This document shows, one piece after another, positions 17,943 to 26,894 of a stretch of DNA of 64,000 nt. The DNA lies in the NCBI GenBank assembly GCA_035630595.1, contig DASQKJ010000057.1:24820-88819 (forward strand), given 5' to 3'. The notes below the pieces were generated by a model that was not told the origin of the DNA, searched no databases, and saw only the letters and a list, made by a program, of their open reading frames with translations. The stretch's first letter is position 1. Every line of letters begins with the position of its first letter. The DNA comes from Methyloceanibacter sp. Lineage in GTDB: Bacteria > Pseudomonadota > Alphaproteobacteria > Rhizobiales > Methyloligellaceae. The translations under genes were made by a program, and so were the position numbers.

Positions 17943-19448
17943 CTAGCTCGTCGGTACGGCGACGAAGCGCAACTCGCCCTTGGCGTCCGAGAGCAAGAGC
18001 AGCACCGAGCGCCGGCCGGATTTCTTCACCGCCAGCAAGCGGGACTTCACGTCGTGAGGCTGCTTCACTTTCTCCTGCGTCACCTCGACGATGACGTCGC
18101 CGGCTTTCACGTTTTTCTGCGCCGCGGGGCTGTTCGGCTTCACCTCGGTGATGACCACGCCCTCGATCGACTTGCCGATGCCGTAGCGGTCCCGCAACTC
18201 GTCGGTGAGCGGAGAGATCGCCAAGCCGAGCAAATCCTCGCGCTCGGTCTGCGGCGCGGGCGCTTTTTCCTCGGGCTCGACAGCGGCATCCTCGACATCT
18301 TCGCCCTCCGGCAGGCGTCCCAGGGTAACGGTGAAATCCATGGGCTTGCCTTTGCGCAACAGCGCGATGGCCACGCTCTTGCCGATCGGCGTGGCGGCCA
18401 CGGCGCGCGGCAGGCTGCGCATATTGTCGATCGGCTGGCCATCGAATTTCAGGATTACGTCGCTTGGCTCGATGCCGGCAGCGGCGGCGGGGCTGTCGGG
18501 CGACACCTTGGCGACCAGAGCGCCTTTCGGCTCTGGCAGTCCCAGGCCGGTCGCGATCTCCTCGGTGACGTTCTGCACGTGCACACCGAGCCAGCCGCGG
18601 CGGGTCTCGCCATATTGCTTGAGCTGATCGAGCACCTGCACCGCGGTGTTGGCGGGCACCGCGAAACCGATGCCGATCGAGCCCCCGGTCGGCGAGATGA
18701 TGGCGGTGTTCACCCCGATTACCTGTCCCTCCATGTTGAACAGGGGGCCGCCGGAATTGCCGCGATTGATCGCCGCGTCGGTCTGCAAAAAGTCGTCATA
18801 GGGGCCGGCGTTGATATCGCGCTTGGTGGCGGAGATGATGCCGACGGTAACGCTGCCGCCAAGGCCGAACGGGTTGCCGATCGCCATCACCCAGTCGCCG
18901 ACCCGCATCACGGAAGAGTCGCCGAAGCTGACCGCCTTGAGCGGCTTCTTGGGCTCCACTTTCAGCAAGGCGAGATCGGTCTTCGGATCGTGGCCGAGGA
19001 TCTTGACGACCTTCAGCTTCGTGCCGTCGGGGAAGTTGATGATGATCTCGTCGGCGCCCTCGATGACGTGGTTGTTGGTGACCACGAGACCCGACGGATC
19101 GATGACGAAGCCCGAGCCGAGCGAGCTCACCTTGCGCGGCAGCCCGTCGGCATCGTCCTCATCGAAGAAATCGTCAAAGAACTCCTCGAAGGGCGAGCCT
19201 TTGGGCCCCGGCCCATTGGGGGCACCCTCGGCGGTGCCCTTTAGGGTCTGCGTGGTGGAAATATTGACCACCGAATCCTGCAGGCCCTCGGCAACGTCGG
19301 CGACAGAGTCCGGGCCGCGGGCCAGGCTCGTGGTCGCAAGCGGGAAAGCGGCAGCGAGGGTAAGCGTGGCGAACGCCACGAGGCACAGGCGGCGCCCGAG
19401 GCCTGGCGCCTGTTCCATTCCTCCCGCCAAAGTGCCGCGCCGTGGCAT
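17943..19448 (-). CDS. degP: DegP/HtrA (Do) periplasmic serine protease with two PDZ domains
   Basis: TNNHV, DLALL and QTDAAINRGNSGGPL catalytic motifs; signal peptide; start uncertain (19418-19547). Confidence 0.92.
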   Translation of the reverse strand: MPRRGTLAGGMEQAPGLGRRLCLVAFATLTLAAAFPLATTSLARGPDSVADVAEGLQDSVVNISTTQTLKGTAEGAPNGPGPKGSPFEEFFDDFFDEDDADGLPRKVSSLGSGFVIDPSGLVVTNNHVIEGADEIIINFPDGTKLKVVKILGHDPKTDLALLKVEPKKPLKAVSFGDSSVMRVGDWVMAIGNPFGLGGSVTVGIISATKRDINAGPYDDFLQTDAAINRGNSGGPLFNMEGQVIGVNTAIISPTGGSIGIGFAVPANTAVQVLDQLKQYGETRRGWLGVHVQNVTEEIATGLGLPEPKGALVAKVSPDSPAAAAGIEPSDVILKFDGQPIDNMRSLPRAVAATPIGKSVAIALLRKGKPMDFTVTLGRLPEGEDVEDAAVEPEEKAPAPQTEREDLLGLAISPLTDELRDRYGIGKSIEGVVITEVKPNSPAAQKNVKAGDVIVEVTQEKVKQPHDVKSRLLAVKKSGRRSVLLLLSDAKGELRFVAVPTS

Positions 19449-19551
19449 CGCTCGAAAACTCCCGAATCGCTTGCCAATTGCCGCTCGATTTTCCGTCATA
19501 TTACCGGAAATCGGCAAGCGAAAGCAGGTCAAGTCGTGCGTGGGCACCTTG

Positions 19552-19737
19552 CTAGCCTCGCACGATCCAGATCAGCACCACGCCCGCCGCGGCGGCCAGG
19601 GCCCCGCCCATGCGCAAGGTGGACTCTGGTGTCCTCGCCGTCGCTTCCAGGAACTTGCGGCCGAGCCCGGGGGCAAGCGCCCACAACGCCCCTTCGATGA
19701 CGAGGACCAGCCCGAACGCAACGGCCAGAGTGCTCAT
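19552..19737 (-). CDS. DUF2065 (YjeT-like) small membrane protein
   Basis: MSTLAVAFGLVLVIEG..P..LR..G pattern, in its usual position after hflC. Confidence 0.85.
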   Translation of the reverse strand: MSTLAVAFGLVLVIEGALWALAPGLGRKFLEATARTPESTLRMGGALAAAAGVVLIWIVRG

Positions 19738-19771
19738 GCGCAGCGGCTCGAACTGACGCGCCAGGCAGCGG

Positions 19772-20812
19772 CTAAGGCGTCTGCGGCGCTGCGGGGACGC
19801 TCTCCCCGGCCGATATGTCGCGGTCCGGGGCGGCTCCGCCATTGGCGGCGGCGCCCTGCTCAAGCAGATCGCTCTCGCCCCCACCGCCCGGCGACTTAGG
19901 CCTCGCATCGGGATTGGCCGGCTCAGCCGGGGCCGCGGGATCGCTCCGGCCGAACGCATTGCCGAAATACTGGAAGAATTGCGAGTCGGGGCTGAGCAGG
20001 AGACGGGTGTCGCCCGCCTTCAGAGCGCTCTCATAAGCCTGCATCGAGCGATAGAAGGAGAAGAAGTCGGGGTCCCGGCCGAACGCATCGGCGAACACGC
20101 GGTTCTTCTCGCTGTCGCCAGCGCCCCTGATGCGCTCGGATTCGCCGGTCGCCTCGGCCTTGAGAACGGTGACCTGACGGTCGGCGTTGGCGCGAATGCG
20201 ACGCGACGCCTCTTCACCCTGCGCCCTGATCTCGGCAGCCTGCCGCTGGCGCTCGGTCTGCATGCGGCGATAGATCGCCTGGCTGTTGGCTTCGGGCAGG
20301 TCCGCGCGCTTGATGCGCACATCGGCCACGCTGATACCCAGGCCCTGCGCCTCGGCGTTGACCTGCTGAGTGATGTCCAGCATCAGCGCGTCGCGCTTGT
20401 CGCGCACCACGGCTTCAAAATTAGAGGAACCGAGCACGCGCCTGAGAGAGGCCTCGAGCACCGCGCCGAGCCGCGAGCGCGCCACGCGCTCGTCACTCAC
20501 TGCCTGATAGAACAGCAGCGGGTCGGTGATCCGCCAGCGGGCAAAGGCATCGACGACGAGCCGTTTCTGATCGGACGCGATCACCTCTTGCGGCGAAGAA
20601 TCGAGGTCGAGCAATCGCTTGTCGAAATACTCCACGTTCTGGATGAACGGGATTTTGTAGTGGAGACCCGGCTTGGTCACGAGGCGCTTGGGCTTGCCGA
20701 ATTCAAGCACCAGAGCCTGCTGCGTCTGATGCACCGTGAACAAGGTGAGGTAGGCAGCGACCGCGAGCAGGCCGAGCAGCATGAGAACGAAGGTCAGGGC
20801 GGTGCGGTTCAT
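19772..20812 (-). CDS. hflC: FtsH protease modulator HflC
   Basis: SPFH domain; RIKRADLP, RMQTER and FFSFYRSMQAY motifs. Confidence 0.95.
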   Translation of the reverse strand: MNRTALTFVLMLLGLLAVAAYLTLFTVHQTQQALVLEFGKPKRLVTKPGLHYKIPFIQNVEYFDKRLLDLDSSPQEVIASDQKRLVVDAFARWRITDPLLFYQAVSDERVARSRLGAVLEASLRRVLGSSNFEAVVRDKRDALMLDITQQVNAEAQGLGISVADVRIKRADLPEANSQAIYRRMQTERQRQAAEIRAQGEEASRRIRANADRQVTVLKAEATGESERIRGAGDSEKNRVFADAFGRDPDFFSFYRSMQAYESALKAGDTRLLLSPDSQFFQYFGNAFGRSDPAAPAEPANPDARPKSPGGGGESDLLEQGAAANGGAAPDRDISAGESVPAAPQTP

Positions 20813-21930
20813 TGCTGGGGCACCTCCTGAGGAGACGGCGTGGGCGTGCGCCTCTGCAGCTCGGAGAGCGGCAGATAGGGGACGACGCCGGTGCCACCTT
20901 TATCGTCGATGATGATCTTGTCCGTGTCGGACAGCACTTGCTGCATGGTGTCGATGAAGATGCGCTGCCGCGTGACGTCGGGCGCCTTCTGATATTGCTC
21001 GAGCACCTGGGTAAAGCGGTCGGCCTCGCCTTTCGCCTCGGCGATCACCTGATCCCGGTAGCCCTGGGCCGCTTGTAGAATGCGTTCGGACTCGCCGCGG
21101 GCCTCGGGAATCACGCGATTGGCATAGGCCTGGGCTTCGTTCTGCAACCGCTCCTGATCCGCGCGGGCAGCCTGCACGTCGCGGAAGGCATCGATGACTT
21201 GAGCCGGCGGATCGACCTTCTGGAGCTGCACCTGGACGACGCGAATGCCGGCTCCGTAGCTGTTGAGGATGCGCTGGATGAGCTGCTGTGCCGCGTGCTC
21301 CGTCTTGGCGCGGGCCGCCGTGAGAATCGGCTCGATGTCGCTTTGGCCGACAATCTCGCGCATGGCGCTTTCGGCGACAGCCTTCACCGTGCCTTCCGGA
21401 TTTTGGATATTGAAGAGGTAATCCGCTGCATTGCTGATCTGCCAGAACACGACAAAATCGATGTCGACGATATTCTCGTCGCCGGTGAGCATCAGGCTCT
21501 CCTCGGGGACGTCGCGCACCGTGCTCGAGGCGTCGCGCGTATCGGAAGAACCGCGCATGCCGATCTCGATACGATTGATGCGGGTGACTTTCGGCAGCTC
21601 GACCTGCTCAATCGGATAGGGCCAGCGGAAGTTGAGGCCCGGCGGCAGCTGGCGAACAAACTCGCCGAATCGGAGCACGATGCCGACCTCGTCGGTGTTG
21701 ACCCTGACGGTGAAGCCGAAAAAGCCGATCACCCCGATGGCGACCACGGCGAGCAGCACGCCGAGGGGTCCGCCCATGCGGCCGCCGGGGATTGCCTGGC
21801 GCAGCCGGTCCTGGCTGCGGCGCAGAATCTCTTCCAGATCGGGCTGCTGGCCGGGGCCGGGACGCGGGCCCCAGGGGCCTCCGCCGCCGCCCTTCCAACC
21901 GCCGCCACCGCTCTGATTGCTCCAAGGCAT
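20809..21930 (-). CDS. hflK: FtsH protease modulator HflK
   Basis: MPWSNQ..GPWG N-terminus; ESLMLTGDENIV and VIDAFRDV motifs. Confidence 0.96.
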   Translation of the reverse strand: MPWSNQSGGGGWKGGGGGPWGPRPGPGQQPDLEEILRRSQDRLRQAIPGGRMGGPLGVLLAVVAIGVIGFFGFTVRVNTDEVGIVLRFGEFVRQLPPGLNFRWPYPIEQVELPKVTRINRIEIGMRGSSDTRDASSTVRDVPEESLMLTGDENIVDIDFVVFWQISNAADYLFNIQNPEGTVKAVAESAMREIVGQSDIEPILTAARAKTEHAAQQLIQRILNSYGAGIRVVQVQLQKVDPPAQVIDAFRDVQAARADQERLQNEAQAYANRVIPEARGESERILQAAQGYRDQVIAEAKGEADRFTQVLEQYQKAPDVTRQRIFIDTMQQVLSDTDKIIIDDKGGTGVVPYLPLSELQRRTPTPSPQEVPQQ

Positions 21931-22092
21931 AATGAATTCCGGTCCTGATGGCTGGTGAGGAGTAGCGCGGGAAACTGCTTCAAGGTGAGTCGCTAGCCGG
22001 AAAGACTAGCCGCACCAAAATGGCGGTCCTGCGACAAGGGTCTGGAGGGTTATAGGGCACTCATCGGGGCGGTGCAATGCGCCGAGGCACGG

Positions 22093-22629
22093 TTAGTCTT
22101 TGCGGTCCAGGACCACGAAGCTAAAATCATAATCGTCCCTCGGGCCGGGCTCGGGCCGCTCGCGCCATATTTCGCGCCAGCTGTCCCGATCGAACGCGGG
22201 GAACCAGGTGTCGGCCTCAGGCCGCGCGTCGACCTCGGTGAGATAGATGCGATTTGCGAGCGGGAGGGCCTCGCGGAACAACTCCTCGCCGCCGATGACC
22301 ATGATCTCACCGATCCCGGCATCCTTCGCGGCACGGCGCGCCACGTCGAGCGCCTCGCTTAGGCTCCGGGCCACCACCGCGCCTTCGACCAAATATTTCG
22401 GAGCGCGGGTGAGGATGATGTTGAGACGCAGGTCGAGTACGCGCCCGAAGGACTCAAAGGTGCGGCGCCCCATGATGATGGGCTTGCCGAGCGTCACTTT
22501 ACGGAAATAGCGCAGATCGCTCGATAGGTGCCAAGGCAGGTTCCCGTCTTTGCCGATGGCGCGGTTCTCGCCCATGGCCACGACCAGCGCAACGATGGGC
22601 GCTCGCGCCGCCTCGCCCGGGCCACTCAC
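22093..22629 (-). CDS. folA: Dihydrofolate reductase
   Basis: [24 protein letters not shown] and VIGG motifs; coupled to thyA. Confidence 0.94.
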   Translation of the reverse strand: MSGPGEAARAPIVALVVAMGENRAIGKDGNLPWHLSSDLRYFRKVTLGKPIIMGRRTFESFGRVLDLRLNIILTRAPKYLVEGAVVARSLSEALDVARRAAKDAGIGEIMVIGGEELFREALPLANRIYLTEVDARPEADTWFPAFDRDSWREIWRERPEPGPRDDYDFSFVVLDRKD

Positions 22630-23420
22630 ACCGCGACCTGGGCGTTGATGGCGGGATACGGCTCGTAGCCGACCAGCCTGAAGTCCTCATAGGCGAAGTC
22701 GAACAGCGAGCGGATTTCCGGATTGACCTCCATGCGCGGCAGCGCGCGGGGCTTGCGCCGCAACTGCTCGTCGGCCTGATCGAGATGGTTGAGGTAGAGA
22801 TGGGCGTCGCCGAATGTATGGATGAACTCGCCCGGTGCGTAGCCTGTGACCTGGGCCATCATCAGCGTCAGCAGCGCATAGGAGGCGATGTTGAAGGGGA
22901 CGCCGAGAAAGACATCGGCCGAGCGCTGATAGAGCTGGCAGGAAAGCCGTCCCTCGGCGACATAGAACTGGAATAGGCAATGGCAGGGCGACAGCGCCAT
23001 CCGGTCGAGTTCGCCGACATTCCAGGCGCTGACGATGTGGCGGCGCGAGTCGGGGTCGCGCTTCAGCCCTTCGATGACGTTGGCGATCTGGTCGATGTGG
23101 CGGCCATCGGGCGTGGGCCAAGAGCGCCATTGCCTGCCGTAGAGTGGGCCGAGCTCGCCTTGTTCGTCGGCCCACTCGTCCCAGATGGTGACCCCGTGCT
23201 CGTTCAAATAGCGCACATTGGTCGAGCCTTGCAGGAACCAAAGCAGTTCATGGACGATCGATTTGACGTGCAGCTTCTTGGTGGTGACGAGGGGGAAGCC
23301 CTCGGCCAGATCGAAACGCAGCTGGTGGCCGAAAATGCTCAGCGTGCCGGTGTGGGTCCGGTCGTCTTTCTTGACGCCGGTCTCGCGGATCTTGGCAAGC
23401 ATATCGAGATATTGACGCAA
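22626..23420 (-). CDS. thyA: Thymidylate synthase
   Basis: [30 protein letters not shown] and GDAHLY motifs. Confidence 0.97.
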   Translation of the reverse strand: MRQYLDMLAKIRETGVKKDDRTHTGTLSIFGHQLRFDLAEGFPLVTTKKLHVKSIVHELLWFLQGSTNVRYLNEHGVTIWDEWADEQGELGPLYGRQWRSWPTPDGRHIDQIANVIEGLKRDPDSRRHIVSAWNVGELDRMALSPCHCLFQFYVAEGRLSCQLYQRSADVFLGVPFNIASYALLTLMMAQVTGYAPGEFIHTFGDAHLYLNHLDQADEQLRRKPRALPRMEVNPEIRSLFDFAYEDFRLVGYEPYPAINAQVAV

Positions 23421-23502
23421 GCTCGCTGCCTTCTCCCATGCCGCCCGGAACTGGTGCGCGTCTGGTCTGTTGCCCTTTGCTAAACTAAGCGTCGATTAGC
23501 CC

Positions 23503-23784
23503 ATGCAGAAGGTGCCTTCAATGCGTGTCATCCCAGCGTTTCTCGCTCTTAGCTTCGCTCTTGCGGTGCCTGCCAGCGCCGCGCCGGTCGGCATCGACGA
23601 GGTCCGCGGCATGGCCTTGGACAAGGGCATCGTCAAGCTCAAGGAGGTCGAGCTCGACGACGGCGTCTGGGAGGTCGAGGGCTACGACGCCCAGGGCTAC
23701 GAGATCGAGATGGATGTCGACGCCGCCACGGCCAAATCATCAAGCTCAATCGCGACTGAACCGGCCGCACCCCTCCCCCGATAG
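23503..23784 (+). pseudogene. PepSY-domain secreted protein, apparent 1-bp deletion near 23731
   Basis: Signal peptide plus EVELDDGVWEVEG..EMDVDAAT; the natural ending GQIIKLNRD* (stop 23757-23759) is in a shifted frame. Confidence 0.6.
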
Positions 23785-23874
23785 CCTCCTCCATCATCGT
23801 CCGATTCGCGGCTGGGGGTTATCGCAGCATCAATCTTTTTTTTGCCGCCGTGGAGGCTTATATAGGTCGTGCTG

Positions 23875-24246
23875 GCGCGAGCCGGCTATGGCGATAAATG
23901 GCCGTCGTAATAAACCATTCGGACCCGGGGGCGGTACCCGGCGCCTCCACCATTCGGAAGTCAGAAATCAGAAGCCAGAAACCAGAAGAGCGAGCGTCTG
24001 GTTTTCCGGTTTCTGATTTCCGGCTTCGGAACAAGGGGGCGAAATAGGATCGACGAGGGTGTAAAGGACGTGTTTTCGCTCGGCATGGTACCGCCGTTAT
24101 CGGGCCACCCAAGTAGTTGCAAACGACAACTATGCGGAGGCTGCTCTCGCTGCGTAAGCGGCGCGATAGCCTGAAAATGAAGTCCTAGTCGCTTCGCGGC
24201 TTCTAGGCGCGGTTCGGAGGGCACCGGCCAACAGAAGCCCTCCACT
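23875..24246 (+). ncRNA. ssrA: Permuted two-piece tmRNA
   Basis: T-arm and acceptor end GGACCCGGGGGCGGTACCCGGCGCCTCCACCA (ends 23952), 82-nt intervening segment, then GGGGGCGAAATAGGATCGAC (24035); tag ORF ANDNYAEAALAA* at 24119-24157; next to sspB; outer ends approximate. Confidence 0.95.
23953..24030 (+). repeat. Heptamer tandem repeats forming an inverted hairpin in the tmRNA intervening segment
   Basis: TCGGAAG TCAGAAA TCAGAAG CCAGAAA CCAGAAG followed by complementary TCTGGTT TTCCGGT TTCTGAT TTCCGGC TTCGGA. Confidence 0.8.
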
Positions 24247-24301
24247 TTATACGGGGTGATCAGACTGCCTCACGTCGCGAAGAGGGTAGGCGGCGGTTTC
24301 C

Positions 24302-24847
24302 ATGGCAGAAGACGAAATCAGATACGACCTTCTCACGCAGGACGCCTTGCGCGGCGTGGTGCGCCAGGTGTTGACGCGCGTGCAGCGCGAAGGGCTGCCC
24401 GGCGAGCACCATCTCTATATCGCCTTCGATACGGGCGCCGACGGCGTGTCGGTGTCGAAGCGCCTGAAAGAGCAATACCCCGAGGAGATGACCGTCGTGC
24501 TGCAGTACCAGTTCTGGGACTTGCAGGTGACGAACGAGCGCTTCGAGGTGAAGCTCTCCTTCTCCAACGTGCCGGAACGGCTGGTGGTGCCGTTCAGCGC
24601 GGTCAAGGCCTTCTACGACCCCTCCGCCCAGTTCGGGCTGCAGTTCGGCAAGCCAGGCGCCGCCAACGACTCGGCGCGCCAGCACATGGCAGCCGCCCTT
24701 CCCGACCTGGTGGGCGAGCCGGAGGAGCCGCGTGGCGCGATCGAGCCGGCGCATGAGGAATCCGGCGATGCGGTCCAAGGCACCGAAGTGGTGATGTCGC
24801 GACCGCCGGCCGAAGTGGTTCAGCTCGACCGTTTCCGCAAGAAATAG
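24302..24847 (+). CDS. sspB: ClpXP adaptor SspB (alphaproteobacterial type)
   Basis: IRYDLLTQDALRGVVR, LPGEHH and YPEEMTVVLQYQFW motifs; C-terminal ClpX-binding VVQLDRFRKK. Confidence 0.94.
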   Translation: MAEDEIRYDLLTQDALRGVVRQVLTRVQREGLPGEHHLYIAFDTGADGVSVSKRLKEQYPEEMTVVLQYQFWDLQVTNERFEVKLSFSNVPERLVVPFSAVKAFYDPSAQFGLQFGKPGAANDSARQHMAAALPDLVGEPEEPRGAIEPAHEESGDAVQGTEVVMSRPPAEVVQLDRFRKK

Positions 24848-24978
24848 CCGCGCGCTGCCGCGCTTTTGGGCCGGCCCTGCCTAAAATTTCACCTCCTCGG
24901 GTTGTGGTCTCGCCGCTTTCACTATTTCCAGGCGTCGGACTGGATGTGGCATAGTTCCTGCGTGGTCGTTCGCCGCGC

Positions 24979-26892
24979 GTGCGCGGCACCAGCCGTGGGG
25001 ATGTGCACTTGGACGAGGTCGTAAGCGCCGGAAGCCTGCGAAAGACCGCGACCGGCTCCGCGCTCGCGCCGGTCGCGGACTATCTAGCCGAGCTGCATAC
25101 CCAGATCGCCGAGGTCACCGGGGGCAATCCGGCCGACTACATCCCCGAGTTGGGCAAGGCCGACCCCTCGCTGTTCGGCATCGCCATCGCCACCATCGAC
25201 GGCGAAGTCTACGCGGTGGGAAACGCCGATCATGCTTTCACCATCCAATCGGTATCGAAGCCGTTTATGTATGGCCACGCGCTCGAGCATTACGGCCGGC
25301 AGGCTGTGCTCCAGCATGTCGGCGTCGCGCCGACAGGCGAGGCCTTTAATTCGATCGTGCTCGACGAGGCCGCCAACCGTCCCTTCAATCCGATGGTCAA
25401 TGCCGGCGCCATCGCCGTCGCCGAGCTGATGGAGGGCGCAACCCAGAACGAGCGCATTGAGAACATGCTGATGTTGTTCTCCAAACTCGCGGGCCGGCCG
25501 CTGGAGATCGACCAGGCGGTGTTTCAGTCCGAGCTCGCGACCGGACATCGCAACCGCGCGATCGCCTATATGATGCTCAACACCGGCATGATCCGGCGCG
25601 ATCCGAACGAGGTGCTCGACCTCTATTTCCGTCAATGCTCGGTCATGGCCACGGCCCGCGACCTCGCCATCATGGCCGCTACCCTCGCCAATGACGGCAC
25701 CAACCCGCTCACCCATCAGCGCGTGTTCGAGGCGCAATATGTGCGCGACGTGCTGTCGGTGATGAATTCCTGCGGCATGTACGACTATGCCGGGGAATGG
25801 GCCTACGAGGTCGGCATGCCGGCCAAGAGCGGGGTGTCGGGCTGCATCATCGCGGTGATCCCCGGGCAGATCGGCATCTCGGTCTTTTCTCCGCCGATCG
25901 ACGCGCAGGGCAACAGCGTGCGCGGCATCCGCGTCTGCCAGGAAATCTCCGACGAGTTCCAGCTGCATGCCTTCAACAATCGTACCAATGTGCGGAGCGT
26001 GATCCGGCGGGACTACCGTGCCGATCTCGTGCGCTCCAACCGCCTGCGCACTCCCGAGGAGCGTGCAGTCCTGGCGGAAACCGGACGCAAGGTGGCGGTG
26101 CTCGAAGCCCAGGGCGCATTGTTCTTCGGGTCGACAGAACAGCTGATGCGCAGGGTCGCGCAACTCGCATCGGAGGCGCGCTACGTGATCGTCGACTTCA
26201 AGCGGGTGCATCTCGCCGATGTCTCAGCCCGTAAATTGATCGTGCGAGCAGCACGGGCGATGGCGGGAGGCGAGACCGAGCTTCTATTCGCCTCGATGGC
26301 CGAGGACGGGCCACTGGCCGCCCTTGCCTGGGCCTTTGCCGAGCACGAGAACAAGGACCTGGTGCGGGTCTTTCGGGACGCCGACGCAGCGATCGAATGC
26401 TGCGAGGATGAGCTCCTGGCGATGAGCGCGGCCACCGCGGAGGGGACGAAGTTCGCGCTCTCGGAAATCAACCTGTTCAAGGGGCTCAACCAGGAGGAGC
26501 GCCGACTGCTCGAAACCATCGTCCAGCCACTGGTGTTCGACAAGGGCGAGGTCATCATCCGCGAAGGCGCCGACGCCAATCTGTTTTTCGTTCTGGCGCG
26601 GGGCACGGTCAGCGTTCAGATCCGGGTGCCGGGTCAAGGCGAGCGCAAGAAGCGCGTGGCGTCAATCGGACCGGGCCTGAGCTTCGGCGAGATGGCGCTG
26701 CTTGACGGCGGCAAGCGCTCGGCCGACATCGTCGCCGACGAGCGGGTGATTTGCTACGGGCTCAGGGTCGAGCAATTGCAGGAGCTGGCGGCGGAGCACC
26801 CCAACATCATGATCGCGATTCTCAGCAATCTTACGCGCGAATTCTCGGAGCGGTTGCGCCACGCCAACGAGGAGATCGGCGTGCTCGAATAG
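24979..26892 (+). CDS. glsA: Glutaminase fused to STAS and cyclic-nucleotide-binding domains
   Basis: ADYIPEL, QSVSKPF (SxxK), NPMVNAGA and PAKSGVSG; then GALFFGS (STAS) and FGEMALLDGGKRSA (cNMP); start uncertain (24979-25009). Confidence 0.9.
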   Translation: MRGTSRGDVHLDEVVSAGSLRKTATGSALAPVADYLAELHTQIAEVTGGNPADYIPELGKADPSLFGIAIATIDGEVYAVGNADHAFTIQSVSKPFMYGHALEHYGRQAVLQHVGVAPTGEAFNSIVLDEAANRPFNPMVNAGAIAVAELMEGATQNERIENMLMLFSKLAGRPLEIDQAVFQSELATGHRNRAIAYMMLNTGMIRRDPNEVLDLYFRQCSVMATARDLAIMAATLANDGTNPLTHQRVFEAQYVRDVLSVMNSCGMYDYAGEWAYEVGMPAKSGVSGCIIAVIPGQIGISVFSPPIDAQGNSVRGIRVCQEISDEFQLHAFNNRTNVRSVIRRDYRADLVRSNRLRTPEERAVLAETGRKVAVLEAQGALFFGSTEQLMRRVAQLASEARYVIVDFKRVHLADVSARKLIVRAARAMAGGETELLFASMAEDGPLAALAWAFAEHENKDLVRVFRDADAAIECCEDELLAMSAATAEGTKFALSEINLFKGLNQEERRLLETIVQPLVFDKGEVIIREGADANLFFVLARGTVSVQIRVPGQGERKKRVASIGPGLSFGEMALLDGGKRSADIVADERVICYGLRVEQLQELAAEHPNIMIAILSNLTREFSERLRHANEEIGVLE

Positions 26893-26894
26893 AG

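Noticed and set aside
19772-19950. Possible frameshift or read-through in the hflC 3' end
   Set aside because: The low-complexity Pro/Ala/Gly tail ends cleanly before the DUF2065 start, and no alternative conserved frame is visible
23920-23952. tRNA-like T-arm ending in CCA
   Set aside because: It is the acceptor end of the permuted tmRNA and has no anticodon arm
23953-24030. Possible CRISPR array
   Set aside because: The units are contiguous 7-mers without unique spacers, and there are no cas genes
23858-24245. Small ORFs across the tmRNA locus (84 aa, 94 aa, 163 aa)
   Set aside because: They overlap a structural RNA, and their repetitive peptides just reflect the heptamer repeats
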